Source of the DNA: an uncultured Candidatus Saccharibacteria bacterium
Lineage (GTDB): Bacteria; Patescibacteriota; Minisyncoccia; Phycocordibacterales; CSBR16-119
NCBI GenBank assembly: GCA_964589975.1
Contig: CAZPVH010000001.1
Coordinates: forward strand, 23,214 to 87,213
DNA: 64,000 bases
Direction: 5' to 3'
This document shows, in pieces, positions 36,886-46,148 of the stretch. The position numbers and the translations under genes are program-made. The number at the start of each line of letters is the position of its first letter. Positions within the stretch are counted from its first letter, which is position 1. The notes under the pieces were generated by a model. The model saw only the letters and a program-made list of their open reading frames with translations. It was not told the origin of the DNA and made no database searches.

Positions 36886-37740
36886 ATGACCGCTGTTGCT
36901 ATTATTACTGGCGGAGAATCTGCCGAACGGGATGTATCTATCAAATCTGCAGAAAATGTGCGGCTAAATATTGATTTTGCCGATGTGCAAATATTTACTT
37001 TTCCTGCAGAACGAGAAAAGTTTATTGCTGGTTACAAAGAGTTTGATATTGTCATCCCGATGATTCACGGTGTTGGCGGGGAAGACGGAGAGCTTCAAAC
37101 TCTTCTAGGGTCTTTGAATTTGCCGTATATATTTTCTGAACCAGACGCTCATGCAAAGGGGATAGATAAAAAGAGGACAAAAGAAATTGCGGCGGATGTC
37201 GGCATAAAATCTCCAAAAGAAACTAACGCCTTTCCACTGTTTGCAAAACCTCGCTTTGGCGGCTCTTCTGTTGCGTCAAAAGTTTGTAATTCGAAAGAAG
37301 AATTAGAGAAATTGATGCTCGAAAATCCTGGAACTGAGTTTATGCAAGAAGAAATAATCCGGGGTAAGGAAATGACGGTTGGAATCGTTGAATTTAGGGG
37401 GGAAGTAATAGCATTGCCGATCATAGAAATAATTCCAAAAAGTGGATTTTTCGATTTTGAGAACAAATATAATCCAGAAAAGCTCGCCGAGGAAATTTGT
37501 CCGGCAGAAATTGATGCGGGGCTTGAAGCGGAACTAAAAAGCCAGGCGCTTCTCATCCATCAAAAAATTGGTGTTAGGCACATCTCCAGATCTGATTTTA
37601 TTGTAGCGCCTTCGGGTGATATTTATTTCCTGGAAATTAATACTATTCCCGGCATGACGGAAACCTCACTCGTTCCAAAGATGTTAAAAACCGCAGGAAT
37701 CAATCTATCAACATTACTCAAGGAATGGTGTAAAATGTAG
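36886..37740 (+). CDS. ddl: D-alanine--D-alanine ligase
   Basis: GGESAERDVS, HG..GEDG, KP..GGSS, RSDF, LEINTIPGMT. Confidence 0.93.
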   Translation: MTAVAIITGGESAERDVSIKSAENVRLNIDFADVQIFTFPAEREKFIAGYKEFDIVIPMIHGVGGEDGELQTLLGSLNLPYIFSEPDAHAKGIDKKRTKEIAADVGIKSPKETNAFPLFAKPRFGGSSVASKVCNSKEELEKLMLENPGTEFMQEEIIRGKEMTVGIVEFRGEVIALPIIEIIPKSGFFDFENKYNPEKLAEEICPAEIDAGLEAELKSQALLIHQKIGVRHISRSDFIVAPSGDIYFLEINTIPGMTETSLVPKMLKTAGINLSTLLKEWCKM

Positions 37741-37742
37741 TC

Positions 37743-37955
37743 ATGAGAAAATTTTGGACAATTTTAATAATACTCGTCGTCGTGTTCTTTTTCCCGAAGC
37801 CGTTTCAATCGAGTCCGGGGTTTACAACGCCTGAGTATGCGCAGAACTTTGAGGCGAATAAAAAGCATTGCGCCGGCTTTGAGATACTTACGAACGCGGA
37901 GCAAATGGCCGCAGATGCTCCGGGCAAGAGCCTGTGTTTCGGCTGGCTTTACTAA
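37743..37955 (+). CDS. Small exported protein
   Basis: Signal anchor, FPKP, C.G...DA....LC.G. Confidence 0.65.
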   Translation: MRKFWTILIILVVVFFFPKPFQSSPGFTTPEYAQNFEANKKHCAGFEILTNAEQMAADAPGKSLCFGWLY

Positions 37956-37970
37956 TTAATCAAAATTCTT

Positions 37971-38486
37971 ATGAACGAAGAACATAAAAGCATGTCGCCG
38001 CTTACCGCTCTTATCCTCGGGCTTTCCGGTATCATCATTGCAGCCATAATTGTGGGTGGAGTTGTGGCGAACAAGGGACTTGAGAAGATCGATGACCCAG
38101 AGGCGTTCGTCGAGAATCTGGAAAATCAGTATGAGGGAATTGGCGGCAATGGTCCGAGTATTGATGAGGCAAAAGATTTCGTGAACACGAACTGGTCTGA
38201 TTTGGCTTCAGGGATTCCAAATTGCGAAGATGGAGCAGAAGTATGTCCGAGTATCATGGTAGGCGTTAGCGCAAAGTATAATGACAGGACTGGCAGAATG
38301 TTTAACTACATTACCGCCGAGGTTGTTGGTTTTGGAGATGATTCATATGCGGGATATGGCCGAGAAGCGTCTGTTAAAAGGGTTGGTGATTCGTGGGTCT
38401 ACACTTCCGAAGGGTCATATGCTTACACCAGCTTCAAGCTGTGCCGCAACATGCAGAGATATCCGGAAGGTGCTTCTTGCCCTTAA
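37971..38486 (+). CDS. Membrane-anchored hypothetical protein
   Basis: N-terminal TM, DDS...Y and CR motifs. Confidence 0.7.
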   Translation: MNEEHKSMSPLTALILGLSGIIIAAIIVGGVVANKGLEKIDDPEAFVENLENQYEGIGGNGPSIDEAKDFVNTNWSDLASGIPNCEDGAEVCPSIMVGVSAKYNDRTGRMFNYITAEVVGFGDDSYAGYGREASVKRVGDSWVYTSEGSYAYTSFKLCRNMQRYPEGASCP

Positions 38487-38566
38487 TATAAGGTCTAAAT
38501 AAGGGCTGGCGGGCGGATTCGGGGGTGTGATAAAATAGAATATTAGAAGTTTAATTCAATAATCCT

Positions 38567-38968
38567 ATGAATATAAACATCAAGGCCAGAAATATAGACC
38601 TAACCTCCGAGATAAAGGATTACGTAAACGAAAAGTTTGATTCTCTCCATAAATTCCTTCCGCGCACGAGCGACGGCGTATTGTTCGTGGAGATCGGCAA
38701 AGATTCTAATCATCATCAAAACGGGGAAGAATTGTTCAAATGCGAGCTTCGATTTAGCATGAACGGCAAAGATATTTTTGTTGAAGATTCAAGCGCCGAA
38801 TTATTTGCTGCGGTTGATTTGGTTCGCGATGAAGCCATTCGCGAGATAAAAGAAAAGAAAGAAAAATCTCAGACGCTTTTCGTCCGCGGCGCCAGGAAAA
38901 TTAAAAAAAGAATCAAAGGCATGAAGCCGTGGTGGCCATTTAGCGGTAAAGAAGTAAAAGAAGAATAA
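38567..38968 (+). CDS. hpf: Ribosome hibernation promoting factor / RaiA
   Basis: MNINIKARNIDLT..IKDYV.EK, LFAAVDLV. Confidence 0.85.
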   Translation: MNINIKARNIDLTSEIKDYVNEKFDSLHKFLPRTSDGVLFVEIGKDSNHHQNGEELFKCELRFSMNGKDIFVEDSSAELFAAVDLVRDEAIREIKEKKEKSQTLFVRGARKIKKRIKGMKPWWPFSGKEVKEE

Positions 38969-39005
38969 AAGCAAAAGCCCTGGCATACGCCGGGGCTTTG
39001 CAATG

Positions 39006-39899
39006 CTAGGTCTTGTAAATTTCTTCCAAGACTTCATGATAGAACACAATAAGTCCGACCAAAAGCGATGTCTGCTGGCAGGCGCCATCAACGTTGTGGC
39101 ACGAAAACCCTTCGTCCAAGATATTGCCCATGGCGTAATGATCGGCCGCTAAATTGCAGGCATTACTTGGAACATCCAGAAAGAATCCGACATTTCCAAT
39201 CTCTACCCGGCATGATGGGTCGCTGCGGGTGGGCATGATGTGGCTGTAGGTAGCCTTCATGGCTTTTAGCGCTTTCGGGAAGTCGGTCTGTCTGTAGCCC
39301 GGTATGGCGTCGTACTTTTTCTTTAGCGTCATGCATGCCTCCGAAAACCAGGTACTCATTTCTCCGCCTATCGGCGCGCTACCCTTGATATGGGTTACGA
39401 CATCGATCAGGAGGTCCTGGGATTCTGCGAATTTCTTTTCGTCAAGAAAAACGCAGTACAGATACCACAAGAGAAGCGAAAGAGATTCGATAGTTCGGCC
39501 TATCGAAACCGGAGGATCTAATCGGGCTTTCTTTGTGCCATAGCATTCGAAGCATTTCCTGCCTTCTATGACGTCGTCCTGACCGGTTCCGCCGCAATTA
39601 GGACACGGATCATTGGAATAAATCCAGTAGGGCGGAATGGCGAAAGCTATCCTCAGGAATCCGTCCTTGAATCCGCGGTTTATGGAGGTTCCCTCGAATC
39701 CCCAATTTTTCTCGAATGAATTCTCGAAAGGAAGATCTCCTCGCCGGTGCTTGGCTTTTATTATGAGACCCTCTTTTACTCCAACTCTTTTAGTTGCCTC
39801 AAGCAGGTCTTCTCGGATATGGACAACGATTGTCGGTACGGGCTTTCTTTCGTATGTCAGGTAATAAGCCTGACGCAACAGGTGTTCTTTCAGGCTCAT
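39006..39899 (-). CDS. Hypothetical protein with DnaJ-type CxxCxGxG zinc-finger repeats
   Basis: CPNCGGTG and CFECYGTK; terminator at 38973-39000. Confidence 0.7.
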   Translation of the reverse strand: MSLKEHLLRQAYYLTYERKPVPTIVVHIREDLLEATKRVGVKEGLIIKAKHRRGDLPFENSFEKNWGFEGTSINRGFKDGFLRIAFAIPPYWIYSNDPCPNCGGTGQDDVIEGRKCFECYGTKKARLDPPVSIGRTIESLSLLLWYLYCVFLDEKKFAESQDLLIDVVTHIKGSAPIGGEMSTWFSEACMTLKKKYDAIPGYRQTDFPKALKAMKATYSHIMPTRSDPSCRVEIGNVGFFLDVPSNACNLAADHYAMGNILDEGFSCHNVDGACQQTSLLVGLIVFYHEVLEEIYKT

Positions 39900-39974
39900 G
39901 TGAATGTTCGGTTAGGTTTAGGGAGATTTTACAGGAAATAGGAAAAAGCGAAAGGCCCGCAGAGAGGACCTTTC

Positions 39975-40784
39975 TTAGACGTCTATTTCGGTTTTTCCTT
40001 CCGGAATAATTTTCTTGATGACAAATTTGTCGTTTTCAAAAGAGGCGAGTGTAACTTTGTTGCGTTTACCATTGTCAAAATAGAAAACCCCGGGCCAGCC
40101 GAAGTAGGCGCGGTATTTGCGCCATTTTGTAAGATCAGAATCGGTTGCGAGAAGTTCTCCGTCAGCTTTATTAACTTTTCCGCAATGTGTCGCCAAAGTT
40201 TCGTCCTGTTCCACAAGTTCTATCTCTTTAGACATATAGCGGGGAAGTGTTTCGAGCAGGAGTTCGCCGCCCATGTCGGTTAATCGTTCCTTGAGCTCCG
40301 GCGTCGTTACCTCATTATCAATCGGAAGTTCTTTTACGGCGACAATTGGTCCGGCATCGAGTTTGAAAACGAGTTTCTGGATAGCGACCCCAGTTTTATC
40401 ATCCCCATTCAGGATGGCTTGTTCTACGGGAGAAGCACCACGGTATTTGGGCAGAAGAGAATAATGGATGTTCAGCATGCCAAGCGGAAAGGCGTCGATG
40501 ACTGATTGAGGCAGAATTTTGCCGTATGCAACGACGATTCCGATATCGGCATCGATTGGCAAAATGCTACTTACTTTTTCCGGCTGGAGAATAGGAAGAC
40601 CGAGCTTTTCCGCCAATACTTTCACAGGGGACGGGGTCATGACATGCTTTCGGCCGACAGGCGCGTCAGGGTTCGTGACCACGGCAGAAATATTGTAACC
40701 GGCGTCAAAAAGTTTCTGCAGAATAGATGCAGAAACAGGCGGTGTGCCGAAAAAAATAATTTTAGAGTTCGGTGTTGGTGTCAT
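39975..40784 (-). CDS. fmt: Methionyl-tRNA formyltransferase
   Basis: FFGTP, VVTNPD.P.GR, VAYGKIL, NIHYSLLPKYRGASP. Confidence 0.97.
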   Translation of the reverse strand: MTPTPNSKIIFFGTPPVSASILQKLFDAGYNISAVVTNPDAPVGRKHVMTPSPVKVLAEKLGLPILQPEKVSSILPIDADIGIVVAYGKILPQSVIDAFPLGMLNIHYSLLPKYRGASPVEQAILNGDDKTGVAIQKLVFKLDAGPIVAVKELPIDNEVTTPELKERLTDMGGELLLETLPRYMSKEIELVEQDETLATHCGKVNKADGELLATDSDLTKWRKYRAYFGWPGVFYFDNGKRNKVTLASFENDKFVIKKIIPEGKTEIDV

Positions 40785-41274
40785 CGTCTTTTGCTTTTCT
40801 TACGTTTGTGGCTTTGTCAGTAAAGAGTATTCCGTCCAAGTGATCGATCTCGTGCTGGAAAATGCGCGAGAGGAGCCCTGTCGCTTTTTTTGTTGCTGGA
40901 TTTCCATTGACATCGAGGTAATCTATGGAAACAGTCGCATGGCGTTTGACCATGCCGTATAGATTCGGGATTGAAAGACAGCCTTCTTCAGCTATGACAA
41001 GCTTTCGTGATTTCTTTACTATGACAGGATTGATGAAATACTCGTCTGCTGGAGCTGGCTTGCCTTCCTTTTTCCAAATCTTACCTGACACCACGAAAAC
41101 TCGTTCGTTGATCGCGATCTGGGGAGCCGAAAGGCCAACGCCGTCATCGCGGGTGGCCATGGATTTAGAAAGTTCCTCGAGTAGTTTCTGGAACTTGTCA
41201 GAAGTTACTTCTTTGGCAGAAACATCCTTGGAGACTTTTCTTAGCGCGGGATGCGGGATGGTAACGATCTCCAT
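40762..41274 (-). CDS. def: Peptide deformylase
   Basis: GVGLSAPQI, EGCLS, QHEIDHLDG. Confidence 0.98.
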   Translation of the reverse strand: MEIVTIPHPALRKVSKDVSAKEVTSDKFQKLLEELSKSMATRDDGVGLSAPQIAINERVFVVSGKIWKKEGKPAPADEYFINPVIVKKSRKLVIAEEGCLSIPNLYGMVKRHATVSIDYLDVNGNPATKKATGLLSRIFQHEIDHLDGILFTDKATNVRKAKDDDTNTEL

Positions 41275-41279
41275 GTGAC

Positions 41280-42587
41280 TTATTTTAATTTCTTAAGATA
41301 GTCGGCGAGCTTGTCGATAGAAACAGTTTTTTGAGAACGGTTTTCCATATCACGAACGATTACGGAATTTTCCAGAGCCTCTTTCTGGCCGAAGATAATT
41401 GTATAGGGAAGGCCGAGTTTCTCTGCAACAGCAAGCTGTGAACCCAAACTATCCTTCGCCAAAGCGTGCGTGACGGGAATCTTCGCTTCACGGAGAGTCT
41501 CGATGATGTTCATGCTCTTCATTTTGGCCTCGGAGCCGAGCTGGATGAAGTAAACCTTTTCTTTGCGCTTGATCTTCGGTAGAAATCTCTTGTCGGTCGC
41601 CTCCAGGATCCTGTCGACGCCGAGACCGAAGCCGACGCCAGGGATGTTTTTCTTGTAGCCCATGGACTTGGCCAGGTAGTCGTAGCGTCCGCCGCCTCCA
41701 AGAGCAATCTCACGGGTTTCTTCGGCCGCGCCGTCAGTTCCCGCAACTTTCTTCTCGCCGAAGAATTCGAAAACTGTGTGGGCGTAATAGTCGAGTCCCC
41801 GGACCAATGTGTGGTCAAGCTCGTAGTCAATATTCATTTCGTTTAGGTATTCCAAAACCTCCTTGAAGTGTTTCTTTGAAACGGCATTCAAGTAACTGAC
41901 GGACTGTGGCGCGCCGGCATTTATCTCAGCAATCTTTTCGTCTTTTGAATCGAGGATTCGCATCGGGTTAGACTTTAGGCGTTCGCGGTCAGTCGGACCC
42001 ATTTTGTTGATGAATTTTCGGTAATATGCGACAAGCTCCTTTAGGTAGTCCTTTCGACTTTCAGTGTCGCCGATGGAGTTAATTTTTACTCGGACATTCT
42101 TTATACCTGCCTCGCCAAGGATGATGAGAGCGATCTTGATCGTCATGGCATCAACAATGCTCTTTGTGCTGCCGAGGTTTTCGATTCCGAATTGATAGTG
42201 GTCTCTATAGCGCCCCTTTTGCGGTTTGTCGTGGCGATACATCTGTTCAAAGAAGTAGAGCTTTACCGGCTGTGGCCTGGATTGCATACCGTGCTCAATG
42301 TACGCGCGCATAACGCCAGCGGTATCTTCGGGCCGAAGCGCCAAGCGATCACCGCCCTTTGTTCTAAGACAGTAGATTTCCTTATCGACAATGTCAGTGC
42401 CTTCGCCGACTCCTTTTAGAAAGACTTCCTCGTGCTCTAGCACTGGTGTTTGGATAGGGGTGTAGCCGTAGTATTCGCAAACTTCCTGAGCCTTCTCAAA
42501 GAATCCCTGGTAGTTATAAAAAGTCTCGCCCTCCAGGTCCCGCATTCCGCGGGGAGCCTGCAAAAAATCTTTCTTTTCTTCTGACAT
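41280..42587 (-). CDS. hisS: Histidine--tRNA ligase
   Basis: PRGMRD, PQKGRYR, LVRGLDYY, GGGGRYD. Confidence 0.97.
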   Translation of the reverse strand: MSEEKKDFLQAPRGMRDLEGETFYNYQGFFEKAQEVCEYYGYTPIQTPVLEHEEVFLKGVGEGTDIVDKEIYCLRTKGGDRLALRPEDTAGVMRAYIEHGMQSRPQPVKLYFFEQMYRHDKPQKGRYRDHYQFGIENLGSTKSIVDAMTIKIALIILGEAGIKNVRVKINSIGDTESRKDYLKELVAYYRKFINKMGPTDRERLKSNPMRILDSKDEKIAEINAGAPQSVSYLNAVSKKHFKEVLEYLNEMNIDYELDHTLVRGLDYYAHTVFEFFGEKKVAGTDGAAEETREIALGGGGRYDYLAKSMGYKKNIPGVGFGLGVDRILEATDKRFLPKIKRKEKVYFIQLGSEAKMKSMNIIETLREAKIPVTHALAKDSLGSQLAVAEKLGLPYTIIFGQKEALENSVIVRDMENRSQKTVSIDKLADYLKKLK

Positions 42588-42627
42588 AATTAATTATTAT
42601 TTTAATACTCCAATAATCCGAGCGCCA

Positions 42628-43233
42628 CTACTCGCTGTAATGGTACTCTCCAGGATTAATGTCTAGGGTGTCTACAGGAAGGAGGCGAATCAGGGCCTTG
42701 CCGACAATGTTCTTTCTAGGAAGCACTCCCCATGTTCGTGAATCAGAACTCGCTATGCGGTTATCACCCATAACAAAGTATTCATCATCTTTTAATTCAA
42801 CAGACATGGTGTCGTGACTCTCTCTTTCCATATCGAGATATGGCTGATCCAGGATGAAGTCTTCTCCATCTGCCTTAGTGATCGTGATGGCGCCCTGCTT
42901 AATGGATATCGTCTCGTTAGGCATGCCTATGACCCTTTTTATGAAAAACTTAGACGGATCAAGAGGGTATTTGAAAATAACGACATCGCCGCGAGCTGGC
43001 TCTTCGAATCTGTATGAAATCTGGTCGACGATTAGATACTGATTGTCTTTGAAGGTCGGAAACATTGAAGACCCAGAAACTATAAAAGGCTGAGCTACCA
43101 GCATGCGGATAGGGAGGACAACTATGATGGCGATAAAGATGAAACGGAGGAGTTCCCAGAAGCCGTCTTTGCTTGCCGGCTTAGCCGGAAGCTCATTTGT
43201 GGGTTCTCTGTATTGATTTTCTTGGTCTATCAT
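42628..43233 (-). CDS. lepB: Signal peptidase I
   Basis: SGSSMFPT, FIKRVIG, GDNR..S.DSR. Confidence 0.97.
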   Translation of the reverse strand: MIDQENQYREPTNELPAKPASKDGFWELLRFIFIAIIVVLPIRMLVAQPFIVSGSSMFPTFKDNQYLIVDQISYRFEEPARGDVVIFKYPLDPSKFFIKRVIGMPNETISIKQGAITITKADGEDFILDQPYLDMERESHDTMSVELKDDEYFVMGDNRIASSDSRTWGVLPRKNIVGKALIRLLPVDTLDINPGEYHYSE

Positions 43234-43259
43234 GGCGATATTATATCACGAAAAAGACG

Positions 43260-43372
43260 CTCCGCAAAACCTAAATTTTCCTCACCCTGCGGGCCGTAAA
43301 CGCCCTCACGCTCCTAAACGTCGCTTCGGGAAGGTCCTCGGGATTCGGAAAATTTAGGTTTCGACTCCGCAA
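43260..43372. repeat. Palindromic MITE/REP-like intergenic element
   Basis: 15-bp perfect inverted repeat AAACCTAAATTTTCC (43267-43281) / GGAAAATTTAGGTTT (43347-43361); CTCCGCAA direct repeat at 43260 and 43365. Confidence 0.65.
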
Positions 43373-43445
43373 GAAGGAAAAACGATAGGTGGGTGTATTT
43401 TTCAAAGGCTGGTCACTAGAAGCTATAAGCTGGTATACTTTTCAT

Positions 43446-44042
43446 ATGCACTTAATCATAGGACTTGGGAATCCGGGAGAAAAATATTTGAAGTCGCGTC
43501 ACAACGCGGGCTTCATCGCGCTCCGCGCTGTCGTCGGCGACACTTGGACTAGCGAAAGTCACGAGAAATCTCTCATCTCTCACGAAACTTTTTTGGATCG
43601 CGAGCTTCTATACGCCATGCCGCAGACTTTTATGAATAACTCTGGGCTTGCCGTGAAGACGCTTCAGAAAAAACACGGAGTCTCACCTGAGAATATCATC
43701 GTAATTCATGACGACATTGATCTGCCATTTAGCACTATGAAAATCCAATTTGGACGCGGCTCCGGCGGGCACAATGGTGTGCAGTCGATTATTGATCATA
43801 TTGGCACAAATGAATTCATTCGGATCAAGATCGGCATTGCGCCAAAGGATGCTGATGGCAAAGCTATTAAGCCAAGGCCCGGAATTTTCCAGAGCCAGAA
43901 AGCGGCGGTTTCAAAATACGTTCTCAAAGATTTTTCAAAAAGCGAGCTTGATGTGATGAAAGAAATGAAGGAAAAGATTCATACAACAATTACAACCATT
44001 GTGAAAGATGGCAGGCAAGTGGCGATGAATAAGTTTAATTAA
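43446..44042 (+). CDS. pth: Peptidyl-tRNA hydrolase
   Basis: IGLGNPG..Y..SRHNAGF, TFMNNSG, HDDIDL, GGHNG. Confidence 0.97.
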   Translation: MHLIIGLGNPGEKYLKSRHNAGFIALRAVVGDTWTSESHEKSLISHETFLDRELLYAMPQTFMNNSGLAVKTLQKKHGVSPENIIVIHDDIDLPFSTMKIQFGRGSGGHNGVQSIIDHIGTNEFIRIKIGIAPKDADGKAIKPRPGIFQSQKAAVSKYVLKDFSKSELDVMKEMKEKIHTTITTIVKDGRQVAMNKFN

Positions 44043-44081
44043 TCCCATGCGAAAGCCCCCGACGTGAGTCGGGGGCTTTGA

Positions 44082-44795
44082 TCATGCATGTACTGCTTCG
44101 GCCATGGCTTTCACCAGTACGGGATCAAGTGACGTAAAAGAAGAACTCATACCGGTGGCTACGATAAAGCAGTCGGCATACGGCTTGAACAGTTCCACAT
44201 TGTCCGGCGTCATGCCGCTCGCGATGGCGAGCGGATGAGTAGGGCCGATCGCATCGCGTATCGTAGCGATCTTTGGCAATGGCGGCATCAGGCCGGTCTT
44301 GTCACCGCTTGTGGTGATGATGTCGATGTGGTCCTTGGCGAGCCTAGCGCCACCAAAGAGATCTTTGATCTGCACCTGATGCTTGAAGGCATATCCACCG
44401 AAGTGGAGACCGTTCCACCCCAAAGTCTTGCGATCATTACGGAAATCTTCCGCAACAAACGAAACACTTGGTTCCCCGTTTTCTGTTTCATAAATGAAGC
44501 CCTGGTCGGTCCAGAGGCCTGGGCATCCGCGGGGCATGCACCCTAGGGCAGAATCGATATTGAGACCAAGCATGTTGATACCCAACCAATGCTTTTTCTT
44601 GGTGTCCATGCGTTGGCGCACCGCTTCATAAACGGACAAAAGATGTCCGTGGCTATGATGATGATTGATCAGGAACACACCGTCAGCGCCATTTTCAAAG
44701 GCGACTTCGGTGTTGTGGTATGCCTGGTCAATGCTTTCTACGTGGACTACCGCGATCAGACTGTGTTTCTGTGGGAATATGTCTTTGTACGCCAT
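44082..44795 (-). CDS. BtpA/SgcQ-like TIM-barrel protein
   Basis: AVVHV, GADGVFLIN, GINML, FKHQ, TTSG..TG, ASGMTPDNV; terminator at 44052-44079. Confidence 0.75.
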   Translation of the reverse strand: MAYKDIFPQKHSLIAVVHVESIDQAYHNTEVAFENGADGVFLINHHHSHGHLLSVYEAVRQRMDTKKKHWLGINMLGLNIDSALGCMPRGCPGLWTDQGFIYETENGEPSVSFVAEDFRNDRKTLGWNGLHFGGYAFKHQVQIKDLFGGARLAKDHIDIITTSGDKTGLMPPLPKIATIRDAIGPTHPLAIASGMTPDNVELFKPYADCFIVATGMSSSFTSLDPVLVKAMAEAVHA

Positions 44796-44913
44796 GGTCT
44801 TTTGTTTAGGTCCTGTTTTTGGGCTACATTATGTCATTTCTCTTAAAAAAGCCAGAGCCTTGAAAAAACGCGTGATAAGCGTAATATGTGGGCGAACCAA
44901 CCCGCACCCCCAC

Positions 44914-45765
44914 ATGATGCATAAACCCTACATCGGTATTACCGATTTCATGACGGCCCAGCAAGTCGACGACACTCTACATTGGATGAATGTGAATCGG
45001 GTCGAGTCCCCGATACCCAGGGCGCTCGGAGTCGGAGTGATGATGAGCTACAAGACCCTGAACGGGATCAAGACCCAATGGTCCGAAGCTTTCCCGAAGA
45101 AGCAAGATGTTGCGAGTATTTTCATCAAACATCCGAAGGCTTACAATGTGCTGCACTACGCTGACATGGAAGGCATCGATCTTCTCACAAACCTCGAACA
45201 GGCTCGTTTTTTCGGCGGTAGCAATTTGCATGCTATGCAGCTCGACATGGTCTGGCCTGATAGCCGAGAAGTGTATCGCTTCAAGCAATCGAACAGGGAT
45301 ATCGATCTCATCCTGCAGATTGGAACGAAGGCGTTCGAGTTGGTCGGTAACGATCCTGAGAAATTTCTCATGAAGCTCGACGAGTATGGTGAAAGCCTTG
45401 AAGCTGTGCTGCTTGATAAAAGCATGGGCAAGGGGCTCGGCATGGACGCGCAAGCGCTGCTTCCGTTCGTCCGGGCAATCACTGATCGTTTTGGTAACAA
45501 TATCCGCATCGTGGTGGCCGGCGGACTCGGACCAAACAGCATTGATCTGGTAGAGCCAATCGCGCGCGAATTCCCGCTCATCTCGATTGATGCGCAAGGA
45601 AGACTGCGTCCGAGCGGGAATGCGCTGGATCCGATCGATTGGTCTATGGCATCTGAATATGTCTGGAAAGCAGAGAAGTTGTTCAGCCGTTGTGTCGATG
45701 AATATCGCATTCAGGCCGACCTGGGTCGCAAGCAAGATCTTTCATGGGAGAAAGCCACCTACTAA
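44914..45765 (+). CDS. TrpF (PRAI)-like TIM-barrel protein of unknown function
   Basis: IGIT, QLD, LLD.S.G.G, VAGGLGP, SIDAQGRLR; start moved to the ATG at 44914; terminator at 45784-45807. Confidence 0.7.
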   Translation: MMHKPYIGITDFMTAQQVDDTLHWMNVNRVESPIPRALGVGVMMSYKTLNGIKTQWSEAFPKKQDVASIFIKHPKAYNVLHYADMEGIDLLTNLEQARFFGGSNLHAMQLDMVWPDSREVYRFKQSNRDIDLILQIGTKAFELVGNDPEKFLMKLDEYGESLEAVLLDKSMGKGLGMDAQALLPFVRAITDRFGNNIRIVVAGGLGPNSIDLVEPIAREFPLISIDAQGRLRPSGNALDPIDWSMASEYVWKAEKLFSRCVDEYRIQADLGRKQDLSWEKATY

Positions 45766-45856
45766 GAAGTCTCCAAAAGCAGAAGGCCCCGACAAGTCGG
45801 GGCCTTTACTTTTTTGTTGTACAGAGTAGTATTGGTAAAAACAATACCCGGAGATC

Positions 45857-46102
45857 ATGGTAACAGCAAAGTTTGCGCTCAAAGTAGTACGAGGAGTCAT
45901 TGTCAGCAGTTACAAGGAGATCCTCCTAGTCATCGTTGTACTGACAAGCATTTGGACGCTAGGAGCTTGGATGGTAGTAGGAGATTTCATGCGAGCCCTA
46001 CGGATTGGATTCATTTGCGGAAGCTCGCTGACGTTTGCCGCAGCCGTGGTCGGGTGGATAATTGGGATGGTAAGGTTCAGCAGGAAACATCCAGGACACT
46101 GA
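45857..46102 (+). CDS. Small two-TM membrane protein
   Basis: Two hydrophobic helices; hairpin near 46112-46137. Confidence 0.55.
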   Translation: MVTAKFALKVVRGVIVSSYKEILLVIVVLTSIWTLGAWMVVGDFMRALRIGFICGSSLTFAAAVVGWIIGMVRFSRKHPGH

Positions 46103-46148
46103 TTCTAAAGCAAAAGGCGCACCGCTAGGTGCGCCTTCGCTGTTTTTA

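Noticed and set aside
44977-45735. Long antisense or shadow ORFs (e.g. 44977-45735, 21157-21996, 1770-2396, 55982-56701, 57150-57947)
   Set aside because: They overlap well-supported genes on the opposite strand and lack motifs or start signals
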